Source of the DNA: an uncultured Methanosarcinales archaeon
GTDB lineage: Archaea > Nanobdellota > Nanobdellia > Woesearchaeales > JABIAG01
Reading direction: 5' to 3'
DNA length: 64,000 bases
Assembly: GCA_964561995.1 (NCBI GenBank)
Contig: CAZLQZ010000003.1
Span: 5,056 to 69,055, forward strand
Below are positions 58,454 through 64,000 of the stretch, in pieces; position 1 is the first letter of the stretch; each line of letters opens with the position of its first letter. A model generated the notes under the pieces. The model was not told the origin of the DNA. It searched no databases and worked only from the letters and a program-made list of their open reading frames with translations. The translations under genes and the position numbers were made by a program.

Positions 58454-58538
58454 CCATTACACCCATTTATTCCTTTAAGTTCATTTGAATAAAACAAAAA
58501 CAATAAACAAACAAACCAATTAGTTCAAACAATTGAAC
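58435..58538. promoter_or_regulatory. Two palindromic operators GTTCAA-N4-TTGAAC
   Basis: Copies at 58435-58450 and 58523-58538, both followed by CAAC. Confidence 0.7.
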
Positions 58539-58572
58539 CAACAATATTTAAATGTTTCTATTTAAAATTTAT

Positions 58573-59811
58573 TTAAACCCAAATATGTAAAATTGGAGAA
58601 AGTAAAATCAAAAATAAAATTAACCTACCAACATTGGTTGTGATCAAAAAAGACAATCTAAATAACCAAACTAAAATATTTAAAACAAAAGAATTGATAT
58701 TTTTGGGTTTAGTTACTAAATTAAAAGCATTGTACTTGTACCATTTAAAAGAAACTATTTTTCCCTCTTTTTTATAATCTTCATACATTTGTGTACCAGG
58801 AAATGGTGTTAAAACTGAAAATAAACTTAAGTTCAAATTTGCTTTGAAAGTGAAAACGAACAATTCCCATAATGACTTGTAAGTATCTTCATCAAAACCA
58901 AACATGAATGTACCTCGAATTTTTATCTTTCTTTTCTTGATTCGTTTAATTAACTCTAAATAATCAAGATACATGTTTAACTTACCAGGATTATTAGCAA
59001 TTACTTTTTCATTAATAGTTTCAAAACCAACATGTAACCTATAACAACCTGATTTTTTAGCCAAATCAAGTAAACTTTCATCTTTTGCAATATCTATAGA
59101 ACATAATGCTTCCCACCTTATTTTCAAAGGAATTAAAGCTTTAAACAAAGCTCTGGCATAAGAAACATTTGCAAAAATATTATTATCATTAAATAAAAGT
59201 CCATACTTTCTAAAACCTTTAATTGATTTGACTTCTTCAATAACTTTTTCAATAGGGACATGACGAATATTTCCTTCATAAAGTTTAGGAATCATACAGA
59301 ATTTACATTTGAATTTACAACCACGAGTTGTTTGGATTGTATTTTGTTTTTTATTATCACTTAAATTCAAAAAACCTTCATGATAATATTTCCAAAAATC
59401 ATCAACAGCTTCGCCGTAATAAATTTGTTTTAAACAGTCATTTTCATAATCTTCAATAATTTGTTTCCAAATACTTTCAACTTCCCCAATAATTACAGAA
59501 TCACAATATCTTAATGCTTCTTTAACATTAAACATAACGTGACATCCGCCCATAATTACTTTTGCACCTTTCTTTTTAAACTTATTAGCATGTTCATAAG
59601 CACGATACACATTAGAAGTAAAAGAAGTAATTCCAACTAATGCTTTTTCATACTTAACAAAGAAGGGTTGATTATAAACTTTAATTTCATAACCAGGAGT
59701 CATAGATTCCAGTTCAGCAAATACGGGAGGATAACCAAATTTGAAAAACTTTCCAATTAACCCCGAAAGCGTTCCTCCAAAAGCAGGATTAACTAAAATT
59801 AATTTTTTCAT
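58573..59811 (-). CDS. B12-binding domain radical SAM protein
   Basis: LVGIT, GGCH, IGEVE, TTRGCKFKCKFC, GFET, FMFGFD, LTPFPGT. Confidence 0.9.
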   Translation of the reverse strand: MKKLILVNPAFGGTLSGLIGKFFKFGYPPVFAELESMTPGYEIKVYNQPFFVKYEKALVGITSFTSNVYRAYEHANKFKKKGAKVIMGGCHVMFNVKEALRYCDSVIIGEVESIWKQIIEDYENDCLKQIYYGEAVDDFWKYYHEGFLNLSDNKKQNTIQTTRGCKFKCKFCMIPKLYEGNIRHVPIEKVIEEVKSIKGFRKYGLLFNDNNIFANVSYARALFKALIPLKIRWEALCSIDIAKDESLLDLAKKSGCYRLHVGFETINEKVIANNPGKLNMYLDYLELIKRIKKRKIKIRGTFMFGFDEDTYKSLWELFVFTFKANLNLSLFSVLTPFPGTQMYEDYKKEGKIVSFKWYKYNAFNLVTKPKNINSFVLNILVWLFRLSFLITTNVGRLILFLILLSPILHIWV

Positions 59812-59833
59812 AAATTATAAAAGATTTAAGGAT

Positions 59834-60238
59834 TTATAAAGTCTTTTTGTTATTAATTAAATCAATTAATGTTTTAATAATATTTTCTATTTTTTCAATG
59901 TTTTGAATGACATAATTGGATTTGATCATAAAACCCTCATAAGAAATTCTATTTCGATAATCTCGCATATCTTGAAGAAAATATTTTATTTGAAGTTCAA
60001 AATTATATTTTTCACAAACATAGTCGATTAATTCTTTATGTGCTCCTTCTCCTTTGATTTTAACTCCCTCTAAAGAAATCAAAGACTCCATCAATTCATG
60101 CAAAACATCATAATAATCTTTAATAGTATTAGTAGGATATTTTTCTAAGTTTGTTTCATTCAATCTTTCAAGAGTAATTTTTGCCATATTTAACAAAGAT
60201 ACTGCCTTTTTCTGATCAACATTAACAAATAATTTCAT
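59834..60238 (-). CDS. HEPN-like protein (putative toxin)
   Basis: YY...H...G.K..G..AH...RDYRNRISYEG; coupled to an MNT gene. Confidence 0.7.
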   Translation of the reverse strand: MKLFVNVDQKKAVSLLNMAKITLERLNETNLEKYPTNTIKDYYDVLHELMESLISLEGVKIKGEGAHKELIDYVCEKYNFELQIKYFLQDMRDYRNRISYEGFMIKSNYVIQNIEKIENIIKTLIDLINNKKTL

Positions 60239-60774
60239 TTAAAACCTTCCAAGAATCCACTTAAAACAATACCATTAATAATATTGTTTTTTAAATCATT
60301 AGAAAAATCTTTAAAATTAAATTTAAAATGTAATTGTATTTTTCTATTAAGTTTTTTTTCAAATTTTATTAAATTTAATTCTTTTTTTTGACAACAAACA
60401 AATAAATCAATGTCACTATCTTCAATATCTTCGCCCCTTGAATAACTACCAAATAAAACAATTGAACTAGGCATCAAATCATCATTTAAAAAATCAATTA
60501 AACCTATTTCGATTAAAGAATTTATATTTTTTAATTTTTTATATAATTTATATTGATTATTACTTAAATTTGCTTCATATAAAGGAAAAATTCTTTTTCC
60601 CTTTTTTTCAAAAGAAACTTTTATTAAATTATTTTTAACTAATTCATCTAAATGTTTTTTTACAGAAGTGTGCGCAATTTTTATGTTTCTACTTATTTCA
60701 ATAAGATAATGTTTTTTTGTAGGTTCTTTAAAAAAAACATCTAAAACCGACAAAATACTACTTTTTTGTAACAT
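60235..60774 (-). CDS. wHTH-minimal nucleotidyltransferase (MNT) antitoxin-like protein
   Basis: N-terminal HTH; LFGSYSRGEDIEDSDIDL. Confidence 0.85.
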   Translation of the reverse strand: MLQKSSILSVLDVFFKEPTKKHYLIEISRNIKIAHTSVKKHLDELVKNNLIKVSFEKKGKRIFPLYEANLSNNQYKLYKKLKNINSLIEIGLIDFLNDDLMPSSIVLFGSYSRGEDIEDSDIDLFVCCQKKELNLIKFEKKLNRKIQLHFKFNFKDFSNDLKNNIINGIVLSGFLEGFK

Positions 60775-60786
60775 ATATGACAATAA

Positions 60787-60817
60787 TGTGACATAAGTTT
60801 ATAAAACTTGTGTTACA
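60787..60817. promoter_or_regulatory. Inverted repeat straddling the TATA box of the MNT-HEPN operon
   Basis: TGTGACATAAGTTT-ATA-AAACTTGTGTTACA (12/14 match). Confidence 0.62.
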
Positions 60818-61034
60818 AAAAAATAACATATAATACAAGTTTATAACATATAGATAAATGCACAACATTTAAATACCAAAACTCTAGAAGAATAATCATG
60901 ACAATGGTTCACTCTAAATGTAAGATTTGTTTTAATCCAATTAGAGCGAGCTATCTGTTTTGTTAAAGCAACATCAGGAGCTTTAACTGAACAGACAAAT
61001 TCTGAAATGATGTTAAGGCCCTTGGAGGTGAAAA

Positions 61035-61331
61035 ATGCGTTGCACAATATGTGATGAAGGAATCACAAACCCAATATGTATCGAGTGCCTTGGAAAGGAA
61101 ATAGAACAATGGTTAGTTGAAACAAAGCCAGTATTAATTAATGATTTAAAAGAGATTATGGCTTTTTATAATTCAATGGGACCAATATCTAACTGTATCA
61201 TATGTAAACGGGATATGGGTGTTTGCAGACATTGTTTTACTAAAGAAGTATTTAATCTAATTCAGGAAAACAACCCTAAATTAGAAGAAGACTTCTTAAG
61301 ACAATTCAATTATGAATTAATAGGATATTAA
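61035..61331 (+). CDS. Small Cys-rich Zn-finger protein
   Basis: Four CxxC pairs; GGAGGTG SD at 61024-61030. Confidence 0.75.
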   Translation: MRCTICDEGITNPICIECLGKEIEQWLVETKPVLINDLKEIMAFYNSMGPISNCIICKRDMGVCRHCFTKEVFNLIQENNPKLEEDFLRQFNYELIGY

Positions 61332-61332
61332 T

Positions 61333-61707
61333 TTAAATCCTAAAAATTTTATTTTTATATTCTTTTATTGCTTTTTTAAGAGCTTCTTGAGCTAATACAG
61401 AACAATGAACTTTCACTTGTGGAACATCGCCCATCACTTTTAAAACATCTTCACTAGTTATTTTTTCTGCATCCTCAAGAGTTTTTCCTTTAGCAATTTC
61501 ACACAAATAATCTGATGATGCTAATGCTGCAACACAACCAAAAGTTTCAAAAGAAACATCAACAAGAATATTATTTTCAACTTTAATGTAAACTTTCATT
61601 ACATCTCCACATTTCATATTTCCCACTTCTCCAACAGCAGAAGCATTTTCCATTTTACCAGAAAATTTAGGGTTTTTAAAACGGTCCATTACTTTTTCTG
61701 AGTACAT
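61333..61707 (-). CDS. iscU: Fe-S scaffold IscU/NifU
   Basis: YSEKV...NP, CGD, FGC, KVHCS.LA. Confidence 0.93.
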   Translation of the reverse strand: MYSEKVMDRFKNPKFSGKMENASAVGEVGNMKCGDVMKVYIKVENNILVDVSFETFGCVAALASSDYLCEIAKGKTLEDAEKITSEDVLKVMGDVPQVKVHCSVLAQEALKKAIKEYKNKIFRI

Positions 61708-61709
61708 TT

Positions 61710-62825
61710 TTATTTTATTGGACTTAAAGTCCTTAACCTCTCAATTATTTCTTTTAATTTTTCAACACAATAATCTATTTCTTCTTTTGTAGTATATTTA
61801 GATAATGTAAATCTTATACTTCCATGAGCAGTCCCATGATTTAATCCAATCGCTAATAAAACGTGAGAAGCATCTAAAGATTTAGAGCTACATGCAGAAC
61901 CAGTAGATACCATTATGCCATCTAAATCTAAACTCATCAAAATACTTTCACCTTCAATTTTTAAAAATGAAAAATTAACATTATTACATAGTCTTTTAGT
62001 TTTTGAACCGTTAAATCTAACATAATCAATTTCTTTCTCAATTTTTTCAATTAAATAATTCCTTAAATTTTTGATTTTTTCAACATCAATTTTTAAACTA
62101 ACTGCTTTACCAAAACCAACAATTCCTGGAACATTTTCAGTACCAGATCTTTTACCAAATTCTTGTCCGCCACCAATTAAAAGAGGTTTTAATTTAACTT
62201 TTTTAGATGCATATAAAGCTCCAACACCCTTTGGACCGTGGATTTTATGCGAAGAAAAACTGGCTAAATCCAATCCAATTTCTTTAACATCAATTTCTTC
62301 TTTTTTAAAAGACTGAACACAATCTGAATGAAATAAAACATCTTTACAAATTTCTCCAATTTCTTTTAAATCTTGAACAGTACCAATTTCATTATTTCCG
62401 TGAATTATAGAAACAAGTTTAGTGTTTTCTTTAATTGAATCTTTTAATTGCTCTAAATCAACAAAACCTTCTTTATCAACCTTCAAAAAAGTAACTTCTA
62501 CACCTTTTTTTTCTAATTCTTTAGATAAAATATGAATAGAGTGGTGCTCTATAATAGTTGTAATGAAATGATCCCCTTTTTCTAATAAATTCAAAACCAA
62601 ATTGTTAGATTCAGTCCCACCAGAGGTAAAAATTATTTCATCAGAAGAACAATTAATTTCGTTTGCAATTAAATCTCTTGCTTCATCAAGTAATTCAGAT
62701 GCTTTTCTTCCATACTGATGTAAAGAAGAAGGATTACCATAATTTTCTAAAAAAACTTTTTGAATTTCTTTAACAACTTGCTCATCAACTTTAGTTGTTG
62801 CCCCATTATCAAGATAAACATACAT
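61710..62825 (-). CDS. iscS: Cysteine desulfurase IscS/NifS
   Basis: YLDNGATT, GNPSS.H, FTSGGTE, SSHKIHGPKG, STGSACSS. Confidence 0.95.
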   Translation of the reverse strand: MYVYLDNGATTKVDEQVVKEIQKVFLENYGNPSSLHQYGRKASELLDEARDLIANEINCSSDEIIFTSGGTESNNLVLNLLEKGDHFITTIIEHHSIHILSKELEKKGVEVTFLKVDKEGFVDLEQLKDSIKENTKLVSIIHGNNEIGTVQDLKEIGEICKDVLFHSDCVQSFKKEEIDVKEIGLDLASFSSHKIHGPKGVGALYASKKVKLKPLLIGGGQEFGKRSGTENVPGIVGFGKAVSLKIDVEKIKNLRNYLIEKIEKEIDYVRFNGSKTKRLCNNVNFSFLKIEGESILMSLDLDGIMVSTGSACSSKSLDASHVLLAIGLNHGTAHGSIRFTLSKYTTKEEIDYCVEKLKEIIERLRTLSPIK

Positions 62826-63159
62826 TTTTACATACCTCACAATCTTCAGGAATAATACTATTTTCAGTATAAATTTTACAAATTTTTCTTTCTGATTTTA
62901 ATTTTTGAATGAGTTTTTGAATTTCAGTTAGATAATTATTACCTTTCATTATATTTTCACAAGTATCTTTAACCAATTCTTTACTTAAAATAAACTGTTT
63001 TCCTCTTTTACCGGACAAGTATTGAGAAACTGCAGATTTGGTTAAATGAAGGATATCCGCAATTTTTTTTTGATTTTCACCTTTTTCAAGCATAAGTTTA
63101 ACTAATTCTCTTCTAATAGCTGGAATTAAATAATATGTTTCAATCTCTTGGCTAATCAC
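62809..63159 (-). CDS. Archaeal HTH transcription regulator heading the iscSU operon
   Basis: IPAIRREL...QKKIA.IL.LTKSAVSQYLSGKRG; C-terminal Cys cluster; GTG start. Confidence 0.8.
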   Translation of the reverse strand: MISQEIETYYLIPAIRRELVKLMLEKGENQKKIADILHLTKSAVSQYLSGKRGKQFILSKELVKDTCENIMKGNNYLTEIQKLIQKLKSERKICKIYTENSIIPEDCEVCKNVCLS

Positions 63160-63198
63160 ATAGATAGTTAACGGCGTTAACTATATAAATATTGCTAT

Positions 63199-63305
63199 TT
63201 TCCACATGAAACAAAGGGGTAAAAAAATAACCACCAAGTATAAAATTAGTGAATTTTAAGGGCTCAAGCCCCGTAATTATGCTTTTCCAGTGGAAATGAA
63301 GGGGC
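63199..63305 (+). other. Two ORB-like origin recognition boxes (candidate oriC)
   Basis: TTTCCACATGAAACAAAGGGGT (63199-63220) and TTTCCAGTGGAAATGAAGGGGC (63284-63305) fit the archaeal ORB pattern TCCA-N3-GAAA(C/T)...G-string. Confidence 0.68.
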
Positions 63306-63392
63306 ACATAGAACTCAAAAAGATAAAGATTTATAAATAAAAGCCTTTATAAATAAGTATACGCTGCTTTATAAAAGAGGTACCTAAAAAAA

Positions 63393-63950
63393 ATGGCTAA
63401 AAAAACAAATGAAGGTAAAAAAGAACTTGCTATCGTTAATATTGTTGTATCTACAAGTTTAGAACATGATATACCTTTAGAAAGAATGGCTGCAACATTA
63501 AGCAACACAGAATATAATCCTGAACAATTTCCTGGATTAGTAATTAGAATCAAAGATCCTAAAACTAGTGCTTTAATATTCTCAAGTGGTAAAGTCGTTT
63601 GTACTGGTGCTAGAACAATGGATAAAGTTGCTGAATCCATCAAAAAGATTATCAAAAGTTTAGAAAAGATTAATGTTAAAATCAAAATAGATCCAGTAAT
63701 TACAATTCAAAATATTGTAGCTTCCGGTAGTGTCGGAATGGATTTAAATTTAAATATTCTAGCAATGAAATTAGACAACACAGAATATGAACCAGAACAA
63801 TTCCCTGGATTAGTATATAAACTTCCAGCTGCAAAAGCAACATTCTTATTGTTTAGTAATGGTAAAATTGTTTGTACTGGTACTAAATCAGAAGATGAAG
63901 TTAATAATGCATTAGAATTGTTAATTGGTAAACTTAAAAAAGTAATGTAA
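63393..63950 (+). CDS. tbp: TATA-box binding protein
   Basis: Two repeats of NIV.S...EY.PEQFPGLV...L.FS.GK.VCTG. Confidence 0.97.
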   Translation: MAKKTNEGKKELAIVNIVVSTSLEHDIPLERMAATLSNTEYNPEQFPGLVIRIKDPKTSALIFSSGKVVCTGARTMDKVAESIKKIIKSLEKINVKIKIDPVITIQNIVASGSVGMDLNLNILAMKLDNTEYEPEQFPGLVYKLPAAKATFLLFSNGKIVCTGTKSEDEVNNALELLIGKLKKVM

Positions 63951-64000
63951 ATTTTTTTTAACTTATATTATGCCAGAAAAATTTTATTTCTGAGCATTTG

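Noticed and set aside
60841..61047. 68-aa minus ORF and a 22-aa plus ORF (MTMVHSKCKICFNPIRASYLFC)
   Set aside because: No SD, family or coupling support; may be the UTR of the Zn-finger gene.
63347..63685. 112-aa minus ORF
   Set aside because: Antisense to tbp.
63970..63997. Imperfect hairpin after tbp
   Set aside because: Weak AT-rich stem at the window edge; cannot be supported as a terminator.

Overview
Very AT-rich, gene-dense archaeal chromosome segment. TBP, RadA, RPA, Rpp30, TATA-box promoters and the type of surface proteins point to a DPANN archaeon, probably Woesearchaeota-like (inference). Four parts: (1) 1-4 kb housekeeping genes (radA fragment, epimerase, YdjM-like hydrolase, RPA). 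(2) About 4-38 kb: a co-oriented array of ~17 genes with class III (type IV pilin-like) signal peptides around a 5682-aa membrane-anchored surface protein, with further members and an A24 prepilin peptidase at 50-58 kb. (3) 37.9-49.2 kb: a His-Xaa-Ser (Hxs)-type RiPP-like locus embedded in that surface island, with a precursor ending HANHSSY, an HxsB radical SAM, three HxsD-like proteins, a radical SAM/SPASM + HemN-like radical SAM + U32 triple fusion and a second U32 protein. (4) 58-64 kb: B12 radical SAM, MNT-HEPN pair, iscS-iscU, two ORB-like boxes (candidate replication origin) and tbp. I saw no rRNA, tRNA, CRISPR array or transposase. All family calls come from motif recognition by eye; no searches were run.
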